A DNA stretch of 64,000 bases, the filler included, from an uncultured Myxococcia bacterium (lineage in GTDB: Bacteria > CAZTWC01), in NCBI GenBank assembly GCA_964617105.1. It is 6 parts of 6 records of this genome, joined end to end, with 100 filler letters (N's around TTAATTAATTAA, not from the genome) between each part and the next. Parts side by side here need not be neighbours in the genome. Positions count along the whole stretch, not along the records: positions 35,378 to 46,499 come from CAZTWC010000104.1; positions 46,600 to 57,677 come from CAZTWC010000105.1; 4 more parts are not named here. One strand, written 5' to 3'. The notes beneath the pieces were generated by a model. It had not been told where the DNA came from, searched no databases, and worked only from the letters and a program-made list of their open reading frames with translations. Positions 41,720 through 52,307 of this stretch are shown piece by piece. Position numbers and translations under genes: made by a program. How positions within the stretch are numbered: position 1 is the stretch's first letter; each line of letters starts with the position of its first letter.

Positions 41720-42508
41720 ATGACCCTGGAGCCGGTAATAGAAATAAAAGACCTGGTCACCCATTATGGGCCACGAAAAATTCTGGATGGCGTGGATCTA
41801 TCCGTACAGCGTGGCGAAATATTGGTTATTCTGGGAGGCAGCGGCTGTGGTAAAAGTACCCTATTAAAACATATTATCGGACTTCATCTGGCAACCTCCG
41901 GTAATATTAAAATATTTGGTCAAGAGATTGTTAGGCATGAAGAAAAACTGGAAAAAATGAGGAATCAGATGGGGGTGTTGTTCCAAAACGGCGCTTTACT
42001 TAATTCCATCAGCGTTGGAGATAACGTGGCACTCCCCTTAAAGGAACACACCCAATTACCAGAGAAGGTTATAAAACGGATTGTACAAATGAAATTGACT
42101 TTGGTGGGTCTTTCCCAGGCCGAATTTCTATTTCCACCTGAACTTTCGGGAGGGATGAGGAAAAGAGCGGCTTTGGCCAGGGCAATGGCGCTTGATCCGG
42201 CAATTTTATTTTGTGACGAACCCTCTGCTGGATTGGACCCTCTGACTTCTGCTGGACTGGATAAGTTGATTCTAAAGTTGAAAAAACTGTTCCAGATGAC
42301 CATTGTGGTGGTAACCCACGAATTGGCCAGCATTGACACCATCGCAGACCGAATAGTATATCTGGATCAGGGAAAAACTCTGTTCTGCGCTCCATTGGCA
42401 GAGGCTAAAAAATGCCAGGTTCCTCAGGTGAGAGATTTTTTTGCCCGGCAAAGCGATGAGCAGGATGAGAGTAGGATGAAGAACTTTTATACATTACTGT
42501 CAGAGTAA
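41720..42508 (+). CDS. mlaF: MlaF family ABC ATPase
   Basis: GGSGCGKS, LSGGMRKRAALARAMALDP and DEPSAGLDP motifs; operon context. Confidence 0.9.
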   Translation: MTLEPVIEIKDLVTHYGPRKILDGVDLSVQRGEILVILGGSGCGKSTLLKHIIGLHLATSGNIKIFGQEIVRHEEKLEKMRNQMGVLFQNGALLNSISVGDNVALPLKEHTQLPEKVIKRIVQMKLTLVGLSQAEFLFPPELSGGMRKRAALARAMALDPAILFCDEPSAGLDPLTSAGLDKLILKLKKLFQMTIVVVTHELASIDTIADRIVYLDQGKTLFCAPLAEAKKCQVPQVRDFFARQSDEQDESRMKNFYTLLSE

Positions 42509-42512
42509 ATTT

Positions 42513-43538
42513 ATGATAACCAGAACACAAAAAGTAAAACTAGCCATATTTTTACTAACCGGCATTTTTATCTTGATCGCTTCTATCGCAATTTTGACTG
42601 GAATAAAACTGTTTGAAAAAATTGATACCTATTATGTCTACTTTTCTGCTTCGGTCAGCGGTTTGGAACCTGGTTCGCCGGTAAAATACAACGGAGTAAG
42701 GGTGGGGCGGGTTGAGAAGATCGATATAAATCCTAAAAAGGTTTCCGAGGTGGTCATCATCCTTTCAGTTCGCAAAGGAACTCCGGTAAAAAAAGATACC
42801 AGGGCAATTATGTCACAGGTGGGTATCACCGGCCTTAAATTCCTTGAGTTTGTGGGCGGGTCTGATTCTTCCGATTTTCTAAAATCTGGAGACAATATTA
42901 TTGCCGGGGAATCTTTTATAGATGAGTTGACAGGAAAAGCTACTGCCATCGCCCTCAAGACGGAACTTCTAGTAGACAATCTGCTTAAACTTACTGATAC
43001 TTCAAACCGGACCAAATTGATTAAATTGTTGGAGGAGATGGACAAACTGGCCTTTAACAGCAACCAGTTTATTGAGAAAAATGGGCAGCAGGTTTCCGCT
43101 TTGCTCGACCAGTTTAATAGTTTAGCGGCAGAAACCAGGCAAACCGTGGTCCAGACCAGGCAACTTTTATCCGACAACCGCACTACCCTGAAAAATATAA
43201 TGAAAAATATGGATAGCACGGTTTTGAAGATCAACAAATCTATCGACGAAAAACAGGTTCGCCGGATAATTGATAACACTGATCGAGTTATTGATAAACT
43301 GCACTCAACCCTGGGAAAAGATGGATTGCAAACCTCTATTACTAAGGTTGACAATGTGATGGACAAAGCCTATAACTTGCTGAAAAATATTAATTTAACT
43401 GTGATGCAAAGCCGGGAGGATATCCACCGGGCTTTGACTTTTTTACGTGAGAGTAGTGAAAACCTGAGTGAATTTTCCCAATCGATTAAAAACGATCCCT
43501 CTTTACTGTTAAGAAGATCGGGAGATGAAGAGAAATGA
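42513..43538 (+). CDS. mlaD: MCE (MlaD) protein with long helical tail
   Basis: SVSGLEPGSPVKYNGVRVGRV; C-terminal coiled coil ending DPSLLL. Confidence 0.9.
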   Translation: MITRTQKVKLAIFLLTGIFILIASIAILTGIKLFEKIDTYYVYFSASVSGLEPGSPVKYNGVRVGRVEKIDINPKKVSEVVIILSVRKGTPVKKDTRAIMSQVGITGLKFLEFVGGSDSSDFLKSGDNIIAGESFIDELTGKATAIALKTELLVDNLLKLTDTSNRTKLIKLLEEMDKLAFNSNQFIEKNGQQVSALLDQFNSLAAETRQTVVQTRQLLSDNRTTLKNIMKNMDSTVLKINKSIDEKQVRRIIDNTDRVIDKLHSTLGKDGLQTSITKVDNVMDKAYNLLKNINLTVMQSREDIHRALTFLRESSENLSEFSQSIKNDPSLLLRRSGDEEK

Positions 43539-44281
43539 GCGACAATAAATCAGTATTTTCAAAATTATCTGCACCAACCTGGTGCTACACCTTTCTGCAA
43601 ATTACTATTCTGACTTTTTTGGCATCTTTCATGACCGGTTGCGTCAAGGCCCCCCAACGTGTCTACTACACCCTTGACTTTATTATGCCCCAGCCTATTG
43701 AAGCGACACCCAGATTTCCTTTAACCATCAGGTTGAAACCCCTGGATATCTCCAGACAATATAATGATACCAGGATTGTACACAAAAAATCGCTTTACGA
43801 GGTTAATTATTACCAGAATAAACGCTGGGCAGTAAAGCCGCAAAAAATGATTAGCGATCTGCTGCTTAAATATATGATTCGCAACAATTTGTTTAGAGAT
43901 ATAGGTGTTCAATACCGAGAGACTGAACCTGACTATGAAATTATGGGGGAGATAGATGCTATTGAAAAGTTTGACAGTAAAGATGTCTGGTTCGCTCATA
44001 TGGTTATTACCTTCAGTCTGATGAGTTACAAAGATAACAAGGTGGTATGGCGAAAAACCTACGATATTCGCAAAGAGATTTATCGTAAAGAGATGGTGCT
44101 GTTCATCCGGGGGATCAGCGTTCTTTTAGAGGAACTTTTAGGTGAATTTGTCAATGACCTGAATGATTATTTTACCAGAACGGCCATTAAGGGAGTAAAG
44201 GCAGAGCCTCTTTTGCAAGAATCGATTAAAAGAGATTCTAACGCTAAAAGTCAACCCGAATTTTTACAAAATGGCTGGTAA
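43535..44281 (+). CDS. PqiC-like (ABC_trans_aux) lipoprotein
   Basis: Lipobox MTGC, YYTL and RWAVKP motifs; follows the MCE gene. Confidence 0.75.
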   Translation: MSDNKSVFSKLSAPTWCYTFLQITILTFLASFMTGCVKAPQRVYYTLDFIMPQPIEATPRFPLTIRLKPLDISRQYNDTRIVHKKSLYEVNYYQNKRWAVKPQKMISDLLLKYMIRNNLFRDIGVQYRETEPDYEIMGEIDAIEKFDSKDVWFAHMVITFSLMSYKDNKVVWRKTYDIRKEIYRKEMVLFIRGISVLLEELLGEFVNDLNDYFTRTAIKGVKAEPLLQESIKRDSNAKSQPEFLQNGW

Positions 44282-44315
44282 TCACCTGGGTTGCGACCAA
44301 CTAAGGAGATGGATA

Positions 44316-45902
44316 ATGAGATCCAAAAAGGTAATAAATTGGTTTTTTGGTTTGATTTTTATTTTATCAGTTACCAATCAATCCTGGGCTGAATTCAGGG
44401 CTGACTCCTGGGATACTCCGGAACCGGAAATTCAATTGGAGATGGACCGAACTCTATTACCCATGGGTAAGGGGGCGGTCTTTGTTCCCTGTATGACCAA
44501 TCCGGAGTTGGAACCTTTTTTTCAGATTTTTAAAGAAGATGAACAAATAGCCTCTGGCCCCACCGGCTCAAGTCTTTTAGTAAGACCAGGAGAATACGTG
44601 GTGAAAGTCGGCTCCGGCGCTATGGACCAAAAAGTAACTACCCGGGTAATGATCAATGAGGGCCGAGCAACTATAGTTAAGCCTACCTGGTCAGGTCTAT
44701 CAATCAGGGTGGTGGATGAAACCGATACCGCATTCAGAGGTTCTTACGAATTGATCAATATGAAAACCAGAGAAAGTATTGGAATTGGTTATGGAAGCCG
44801 CGAAGAATTGGGAGAGAAGGTCAAAACCTGGTTGCTTCAGCCTGGTATCTACAAAATAGTCAGGGTTGGTGAAAACTATCGGGCCCGGATCAATTTTGCT
44901 ACGGTGAGGCTTTTGCCTAGTGAATTGACCCACTATGTGTTGGTTCAGGATGAAGATGATGGTGAATTTAGGGGCGCCGGCATCTCCGAAGGCCAATTAG
45001 GCGACACCACAGTTATGGGAAACTGGAAGATGCAACTACTGGTTGGCGGTGATTTCAGGATGGTGAGTGTACGTAAAGAGGAGGAGTTATCTGGGTATGA
45101 TGAGACCTACAACTTCAATCTGTTTTTAGACAGCAAACTCTTTTACCTGAAGGATCAACATCTATATTATACCAGATTGATGATCGATGAAAATCTGGAT
45201 AAGCAGAGTGGCCAGATTATGAGAAGAAACATAGACCGGTTGGATCTGGACAGTATCTACACCTATTACCTCTTTAAACGGGTTGGGCCGTATATAAGTT
45301 TTGGCCTGGATACCAATATTCTAAACCACTACCACGAATTTACGGAATCTAAAACTACGATGGCTAAACCGACCACTATAGTGGTTAAAAGAGAAGACGA
45401 CTCCATCATATACGAGAGACCTGGCGTAACCAGGTTCAAAAAGATCTCCTCTTTATCTCCTCTCGATTTTAAGGAGGGGTTGGGAATTAACTTTGTGATT
45501 TTCAAAGGGGTATTTGCCGACCTAAATTCACGGGCTGGCATCAGTTTGCGACAAATGATCGGACAGGAACATTATGAATTTATTGGTGAAGATAAAGCCG
45601 GGAAAATGGTTTTTAAACGAATTGGCAAATTTTTTGAAGAGGGAGTTGAATTTAACTTAAATGGCGATATCTACCTGGGAAGGTGGGTTGTTTTAACCAA
45701 TGAATTCGACCTTTTTCAACCCTTTGAAACTGGAAACCTGACCTTTGAATGGCGCTGCAACGCCAGTTTAAATCTTTCCCGGTTTGCCTCATTAAACTAC
45801 AATGTAAATATATGGCGAGACTTAAAACTAAAAGATATAACCGAAATTAAGCACAACGTATTGCTGCGCTTCTCCTTTGATGTGCTGTCATTTTTCTTCT
45901 AG
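44316..45902 (+). CDS. Probable outer-membrane beta-barrel protein with N-terminal periplasmic domains
   Basis: SD AAGGAG before ATG 44316; signal peptide ending SWA; amphipathic beta strands in the C-terminal half; aromatic C-terminus. Confidence 0.55.
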   Translation: MRSKKVINWFFGLIFILSVTNQSWAEFRADSWDTPEPEIQLEMDRTLLPMGKGAVFVPCMTNPELEPFFQIFKEDEQIASGPTGSSLLVRPGEYVVKVGSGAMDQKVTTRVMINEGRATIVKPTWSGLSIRVVDETDTAFRGSYELINMKTRESIGIGYGSREELGEKVKTWLLQPGIYKIVRVGENYRARINFATVRLLPSELTHYVLVQDEDDGEFRGAGISEGQLGDTTVMGNWKMQLLVGGDFRMVSVRKEEELSGYDETYNFNLFLDSKLFYLKDQHLYYTRLMIDENLDKQSGQIMRRNIDRLDLDSIYTYYLFKRVGPYISFGLDTNILNHYHEFTESKTTMAKPTTIVVKREDDSIIYERPGVTRFKKISSLSPLDFKEGLGINFVIFKGVFADLNSRAGISLRQMIGQEHYEFIGEDKAGKMVFKRIGKFFEEGVEFNLNGDIYLGRWVVLTNEFDLFQPFETGNLTFEWRCNASLNLSRFASLNYNVNIWRDLKLKDITEIKHNVLLRFSFDVLSFFF

Positions 45903-45920
45903 GTTGGTTGTAAATATTCT

Positions 45921-46499
45921 TTATTGCAGATTACCATATAGATTGTGATTGCAGTTAGTTTTATCCAACAATCTGTGGTCTGGCTCTGGAACCTGGTAAT
46001 TTTCGTGTCCCAGCCGCTCCAGCACCTCTTTCGCCAAATCCTGGTAATTTTTAGAACCTCTACTGTTGGGCGCATAAAAGGCGATAGGTTTGCCTTCTAT
46101 TTGCGAGCAGGAGATGTCGCTGTTCAGGGAGATTTTGGTATCAAGAATAAGGTCAGAGAACATTCTGGACAATTCACCCTCAATGGCACTGTTTACCCGG
46201 GTGGTGCGTCCATCTACCCGGGTGAATAGGATACCCAGAATATCCAAATCGCGATTAAGCCTTTCACTAACCAAAGACACGGTGCAGAATAACTCACTGA
46301 TTCCCGATGAGGAAAGCCGGGACATATCGGTGGGCACCAACAGATAATCGGAAGTAGTTAGGGCATTTAAAGTTAAATTGCCCATATTGGGAGGACAATC
46401 AATAATGATAAAGTCGTAGTGAGTCCTGGTGGCAGTGAGGGTGTCTTTGAGTACGAACTCCTTGCCGATTTTACTGGCCAGGATATTTTCGGTTTCGTA
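45921..46499 (-). CDS. ParA/Soj family ATPase (5' truncated)
   Basis: YDFIIIDCPPNMGNLTLNAL upstream of the track start; GILFTRVDGRT and SRGSKNYQDLAKE motifs. Confidence 0.88.
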   Translation of the reverse strand, partial: YETENILASKIGKEFVLKDTLTATRTHYDFIIIDCPPNMGNLTLNALTTSDYLLVPTDMSRLSSSGISELFCTVSLVSERLNRDLDILGILFTRVDGRTTRVNSAIEGELSRMFSDLILDTKISLNSDISCSQIEGKPIAFYAPNSRGSKNYQDLAKEVLERLGHENYQVPEPDHRLLDKTNCNHNLYGNLQ

Positions 46500-46599
46500 N
46501 NNNNNNNNNNNNNNNNNNNNNNNNNNNNNNNNNNNNNNNNNNNTTAATTAATTAANNNNNNNNNNNNNNNNNNNNNNNNNNNNNNNNNNNNNNNNNNNN
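46500..46599. other. Artificial contig linker
   Basis: N block with TTAATTAATTAA. Confidence 0.98.
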
Positions 46600-48541
46600 C
46601 ATCCCGGTAGGGCCGATCGGTAGTCATGGCGTCAAAAGCATCTGCCACCGACAATATCCGGGCTATCAGGGGAATATCCTCTCCCTGCAAGCCGGCTGGA
46701 TAACCAAAACCGTCATAACGCTCATGATGGTGCAGTATAGAAGCCACAATAGAATCTAAAAATTTAATATGCCCGAGGATATAGTCACCCTGGTTAGGGT
46801 GGGTCTTGATAATCTTCATATCTGCCTCAGACAGTTTCTCCCGCTTATGCAAAACCATATCACTTATGCCGATTTTACCAATATCGTGTAAAAGACCGGC
46901 TTGATTTATCAACTCTCTTTTTTCCCGGGAGAGCCCCATCTCATCGGCAATATGAAGAGAATAATGCGTCACCCTCTCGGAATGACCTTTGGTATAAGAA
47001 TCGCGTGCTTCCAAAGCCTGGGCTAGTGATTTGATGGTTTCTACATAGACCCGGTTGGTCTTGACCAACAGCCGGGCATTATCGATGGCAATAGCAGCCT
47101 GCATGGCAAAGATGGAAAAAACCTCCATTGTATCCTGGTCAAAGGCATTGGCCCGGGGACTTTCCGCATCGATTACCCCAATCACTTTTCCCCTGGCCTT
47201 GAGTGGAACGGTCATTTCACTCCTGCCGCCAATGGTGCCGCGGATATAGTAACTGCATTTAGTCACATCATTTACTAAAAGTGGTTGACCGCTCTCCGCC
47301 ACCTTACCGGTTATCCCCTGCCCCAACTTAATTTTTACCTGGTCTTTCAATTCCGGCGGATAACCTCTAGAGGCTTTGACCACCAGCTGCTCTTCGTGGT
47401 CCAAAAACATGATAGCGCAAGCATCCAGGTTGAGAGCAGTGGAGGATAGATCCAAAATGTCCTGAAGGGTGACTTCAATATCAAAACTAATACCCAGCCG
47501 GTCGCCAACTGCATAAAGCATTTTCATTTGTTCGATTTTGTCTTCCAGTTGTCCGGCGTGATATTCTATACGGGCATAGGTTCTGGCATTTCTAATGGCA
47601 TGAGATACCTGGTACCCAAAAGTGGCAAAGAGTTGCAGATCCTCCGCGTTAAAGGCAAAAGGACGACTGTGCTCTGCATCCAGGACCCCGATCACCTTTT
47701 GTTCTATAGCAATGGGCACCGCCATTTCACAACCGCCCCCATCACTGGCGGAAATATAATCCTTATCCCGGTTGACATCTTCAATTAAAGTCGGCTCTCC
47801 CCGGCTGACGGTCCTGCCACTGATCCCCTGGCCCACCGCTATTTTTAGGTTTTTTACCTTGGCTGGGCTATAACCGTAGTGAGCCTTGATAAATAGTTTT
47901 TCGTCCTGATCCTTAAGCAGAATAGCGCACCGTTCAAAACAGAGACACTGGTGGGCCAATTTTAAAATCTCCTCCAGAAGATCATCCTCCCGCAAATTCA
48001 AAGTCATTTTACAACTTATCCTGTTGAGGCTCTCCTGTTCCCGTATCTTCTTATTCAACCTTTCAAACAGGTTAGCATTGCTAAGGGCTATGGCTGCCTG
48101 TGCGGCAAAAATGGAAAAGAATTCCATCATCTCATTATTAAAAGGGATATGGCTTTCAGCATCAATAACCCCTATCACTTCGCCATTTAACTTAAGCGGA
48201 GCCGCCATCTCCGAAATGGCCCCTTCAACCCCAGGAATATAACGCCGGTCCTTTTTTACATCATTGACAAACATGGGTTTTCCGTTTTGGAAAACATGAC
48301 CAGTTATTCCCTCGCCCCTGACTATTTTGATCCTATCCACCACCTCCTGCTTATATCCTCTGGCTTTGCGGATAGTCATAGTATCCCTGTCTTCCTCCAG
48401 GGTTAAAATAGCACACCGTTTGAGCGAAAAGACATCTTCTACCAGGGATAGTATTTTATCCAACACCTCTTCCCGGCCATGCAACGAGTTCATCACCCGG
48501 CAGGCTTCGATGATTTTTGCCAATTTTGATTCGTTATCCAT
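46600..48541 (-). CDS. Triple-GAF plus HD-GYP phosphodiesterase (3' truncated)
   Basis: Three GAF repeats (G.GI.G.V...P.LV.DV..D..YI...EMA.P...IGV.DAE); HSERV, LHDIGK, HHERYDGFGYP and DAFDAMTTDRPYR. Confidence 0.93.
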
Positions 48542-48567
48542 GGTGCCTTGTCTTGCTGATACTATTG

Positions 48568-49755
48568 CTACAGATCACATTTTACTTTATTCCCAGCCAT
48601 AGCCGCTTTGGTCTTATCAACCCAGGTTTTTACCGTGGGATCATCTTTCAGATTATCGCCCAATTGGAGGAAGTCAAAACGAAAACAATTGCTGTTCACA
48701 TAACGGTCCACTTCACCCTGCAGAGAACGTATTTTGGCCTTTAGAGCAGCAGTCTCCTCAGAATATACAGATTGATTTTTTCTCCGGCTGGTAATCTTCT
48801 GCAGATCTATTTTATGCATTAACAGAGCATCACGGTATTTCCTGGAACTGTAATAGTTTAAAAAACCTTGTCCCTTTTTCTTCAGGCGCAAATCCAAAAC
48901 CGCCATATATTTACCCAGGCTGCCAGCGCCAACAATCATAGTTTTTCCCTCTATCCTGGGTTGAAAAAAGTAGCGCCGGTCATGGGAGGTAAAGATGATA
49001 TCGATTCCCTTTATCTGCCTGGCCAGTTTTAAGTCATTATCAAAGCCCAGGTGGCTGATTACCACAATAAAATCACTCCTGGTTTTTAGTTTTTCTACCT
49101 GTTTTCGGGCTGTATCAAAAGGGTCTTGAACAACAATCCCTTTAACGCCTAAATAATAATCGGGATTTACCAAACCCAATATTGCCAGTTTATGGGAACC
49201 CACCTTTTTTATCATCACTCTCTTCAGGGCAATTTTACTACCACTTTGATCGATAAGGTTGGTACCTATAACCGGAAGAGCATACTGGTCCTGCAACTTC
49301 TTGATAAACCCCCTACCCAGGGCAAAATCGATTTCACCCGGGAGCAAAGCGTCAACTTTAAAGTGGCGGTAGGTCCGGGCAAATACCCGAGCCTTAAGAC
49401 ATGCAGACCATTGCTCATTTTTATCAATGTTTCGGTGGGAAAAAAAGAGATCACCACCGTCAAAATATAGTAGCGGAACTTTTTTATTGTGCATCTCTTT
49501 CATCAATTTAGCCCGCTTGGCCAGACCGCCAAGCCTGTTGGCCGGTCACCCGCATGGATCTAATTCTCCATTTACATCAGAGGTATAAACTATTCGGATA
49601 TCTCCCTGAAAATCATCGGCAGCCCAAATCAAAGATGGAGCCCTCAGAGTCGTCAAAATAACTAATAAGAACAGTGTCCAGCCAGAAATCAACCTGGTCA
49701 CAAAAATTTGGATACTAACCAAATCAGTTTGGAAATCACTGATTTTTTTTATCAC
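48568..49755 (-). CDS. Exported UshA-like (metallophosphoesterase fold) selenoprotein, Sec at TGA 49546-49548
   Basis: The 49546..49755 and 48568..49506 ORFs are in frame and separated only by TGA plus 13 sense codons: ...YTSDVNGELDPCG-U-PANRLGGLAKRA...FDGGDLF...GEID...SHLG...SHD. A SECIS-like hairpin follows and the genome has selC. Confidence 0.88.
49515..49534 (-). promoter_or_regulatory. Putative bacterial SECIS element
   Basis: mRNA reads UGA, 11 nt, then GCUUGGC-GGUCUG-GCCAAGC (perfect 7-bp stem, G-starting loop). Confidence 0.75.
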
Positions 49756-50240
49756 AATTTCTCCAATCTCTCTTTTAAACTCCCTATCTCTTTGATGCGA
49801 AGACCAAAATTATCATTGGTGACCACCGCTTCTCCCCGGGCAACCTCCACATTGTTAACCATAAAAGAGAGGTAGGAATTGGCATCTCGGTCCAACTGGA
49901 TGGTTTTACCCTGGCTTAACCGCAAAATCTCGTATACTGCCATCCTGGTACGACCCATCTCCACCGCCACATCCAAATCTATGTTGAGCAAAACTTTCAA
50001 CTCCCTGGGATAATCCTTTTTTCCGCTACTTACTGGTCTGGCGGTTTCTTCCTGGACCAGTTCACCGAACTCATCCATATCCACGCCAGAGTCCATGGAC
50101 AACTGTTGCTCCCATTCTGCCGCCAAAGCATCCTGGTCAACGTCATCTTCCTTTTTCTCCGGTTCCGGGATTTCAATATCGCCATCTTTTAAAGCTGAAA
50201 ATAGAGCATCTAACTCTTCTTGTTGTAATATATCGCTCAT
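49752..50240 (-). CDS. fliN: FliN/FliM-C (SpoA) family switch protein with N-terminal CheY-binding-like peptide
   Basis: MSDILQQEELDALF N-terminus; LDVAVEMGRT...ARGEAVVTNDNFGLRI. ATG at 50240 preferred. Confidence 0.8.
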   Translation of the reverse strand: MSDILQQEELDALFSALKDGDIEIPEPEKKEDDVDQDALAAEWEQQLSMDSGVDMDEFGELVQEETARPVSSGKKDYPRELKVLLNIDLDVAVEMGRTRMAVYEILRLSQGKTIQLDRDANSYLSFMVNNVEVARGEAVVTNDNFGLRIKEIGSLKERLEKL

Positions 50241-50430
50241 TAGTTCCTCTGGGTAGTTGCCGTCAAAATTCCCAATACGAAGTGATTTCCCGAACGGCAA
50301 CTCTGGTTGGATTGAAACAAAGCTATTTGTAAATTTATCACAAAGATAGGCGGATAGCAACTTTTCACGCCACTTGCTAACATCATAAAATTATGCCATA
50401 CTTACACCTTAAAATTCAGGAGGAGATATC

Positions 50431-51579
50431 ATGGGAAAAAACTTGCTGCTCTACGCTTCACCGGAAACCGATAAAAATATCTATTATATCTCCAGATTCA
50501 AAGCCCCGGACCCTTACACTTTCATCCAAAAAGATGATACAACCTACCTGCTGGCTTCCTCTCTTGAATACGAGCGGGCCAAAAAAACCGCCCGGGTAGA
50601 TCAGGTGCTTCCCTATTTTAAATATTCAAAAAAACTAAAAGAAAAAAACGGTAAAGAGCCCAAGTTAGCCAAGGTAATATCGACGGTGCTGGAGGATTTG
50701 CAGATACAAGAGGTCCTGGTGCCCCATAATTTCCCCTATGGTTTGGCCCTGGAGTTATCGAATAATGGTATTGCTCTAAAGATCTCCGAAGATGCCATTT
50801 TTCCTCAACGGCTAATAAAGAGTGAAGAGGAAAAGAACAATATTCAGGATGCCTCCGATGAAACTGAACGCGCTCTGGTCAAAGCAGTGGCTTTTCTGCA
50901 AAACTGCTCAATCAAAGACCAGCAAATTTTAAATCCTCAGGGAGAAGTAGTTACCTGCGAAATGGTTCGCAATATTATCGACTCCCATCTCTATTTCCAC
51001 GGATACCTGGCTAAAGACACTATTGTCGCCACTGGAAAACAAAATGTCGATCCTCACAACAAAGGAAAAGGCCCTATTGCTCCCCATCAATCACTGATCA
51101 TTGATATTTTTCCCCAAAGCCAGGACAATTATTACTGTGCCGATATGACCAGAACTTTGGTTAAGGGAGATATTCCCCCGGAATTGCAAAAATTGTACGA
51201 TACTGTTTTAAAGGCCCAGCAAAAAGCACTGACCATGGTTAAAGAGCAGATGCAGGTGAAGGATATTCACCTTTTCATCAAGCAACTTTTCAAAGAGAAC
51301 AGTTACCCCACCGGTATCCTGAATGGTTCCATGCAAGGCTTTTTCCACGGCACCGGCCATGGACTGGGTTTAGACATCCACGAGGCACCCCGGGTCAGCG
51401 AAAATGAATTTAACCTCCAAATAGGCAACGTGATCACTATTGAACCAGGTCTTTACTATTATAAAACTGGCGGCGTGAGAATAGAAGATACAGTTTATGT
51501 CACTAAAAACGGCTGCCACAATTTCAACCGCTTCCCAAAAGTGTTACAGGTAGATAAGATAGATTTGAGCGGGTATTAA
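50431..51579 (+). CDS. Xaa-Pro peptidase (M24 family)
   Basis: IDIFP, ADMTRT, HGTGHGLGLDIHEAP, TIEPGLY and GVRIED motifs. Confidence 0.93.
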   Translation: MGKNLLLYASPETDKNIYYISRFKAPDPYTFIQKDDTTYLLASSLEYERAKKTARVDQVLPYFKYSKKLKEKNGKEPKLAKVISTVLEDLQIQEVLVPHNFPYGLALELSNNGIALKISEDAIFPQRLIKSEEEKNNIQDASDETERALVKAVAFLQNCSIKDQQILNPQGEVVTCEMVRNIIDSHLYFHGYLAKDTIVATGKQNVDPHNKGKGPIAPHQSLIIDIFPQSQDNYYCADMTRTLVKGDIPPELQKLYDTVLKAQQKALTMVKEQMQVKDIHLFIKQLFKENSYPTGILNGSMQGFFHGTGHGLGLDIHEAPRVSENEFNLQIGNVITIEPGLYYYKTGGVRIEDTVYVTKNGCHNFNRFPKVLQVDKIDLSGY

Positions 51580-51614
51580 ACCGTAACGCGCATTCTCTCC
51601 GCGATAGAGTTCGT

Positions 51615-52214
51615 ATGAATACTTCAATTATTGATAAAATAGTTCGAATATCCTGGTTGTTCGTATTGTTTTTCTCCCTGACCGGTCTCCTGTTTTCTTA
51701 TACGGGACAGGCTTCCATGATGTTGCCCTTCAGCCTAAAGGATTTGACCCAACAGGCAGAACTGATCGCCAAAGTCAAAGTGGTAGATGCTCAAAGCCGC
51801 TGGAGCCCGGGAAAAAAGATGATTTTCACCTACTTTGATCTAAAAGTTCAAGAAACATTAAAAGGAAAAGTAGAAAAAGAAAAAATCTGTCTTAAACAAA
51901 TGGGCGGGATTGTAGGTGACCACGGGATGATGGTCAGCGGTAATCCCAAATTAAAAAAGGGGGAAGAGACCCTCTTGTTTCTACAACTCCATAAAAACCA
52001 AAAAGGGGAGAAATGTTACTATGTTTTGGGGATGGCTCAGGGAAAATATTCATTAATAACCACTAAAATCAACCAGATCCCGGTGCTGGAGGCTTTTCGC
52101 GCCATGGATGGACTAAATTTAATTCAAAAGGGAAAAACCACCCTTCCCGCCAATAGAATCTCCTACCAGGAACTAAAAGCCAAAATCTTGAAGATTAAAT
52201 CCCACCAGAAATGA
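51615..52214 (+). CDS. Secreted hypothetical protein
   Basis: Signal peptide; L.DL...AELI..V.V...ETLKG...GG.VG...GEE.LLFL...GMAQG pattern. Confidence 0.65.
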   Translation: MNTSIIDKIVRISWLFVLFFSLTGLLFSYTGQASMMLPFSLKDLTQQAELIAKVKVVDAQSRWSPGKKMIFTYFDLKVQETLKGKVEKEKICLKQMGGIVGDHGMMVSGNPKLKKGEETLLFLQLHKNQKGEKCYYVLGMAQGKYSLITTKINQIPVLEAFRAMDGLNLIQKGKTTLPANRISYQELKAKILKIKSHQK

Positions 52215-52307
52215 AATGCGCTACTATCAAACAAAACATATCAGCAGGATGGGCGGCGATAAATGCGAAGGATAATTGTCTTCAGAGCCTTGCGGGGCAA
52301 GCATTTC

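Noticed and set aside
42638-43366. Long antisense ORFs (also 63059..63769 and 33749..34276)
   Set aside because: They are shadows of better-supported genes on the opposite strand and carry no motifs.
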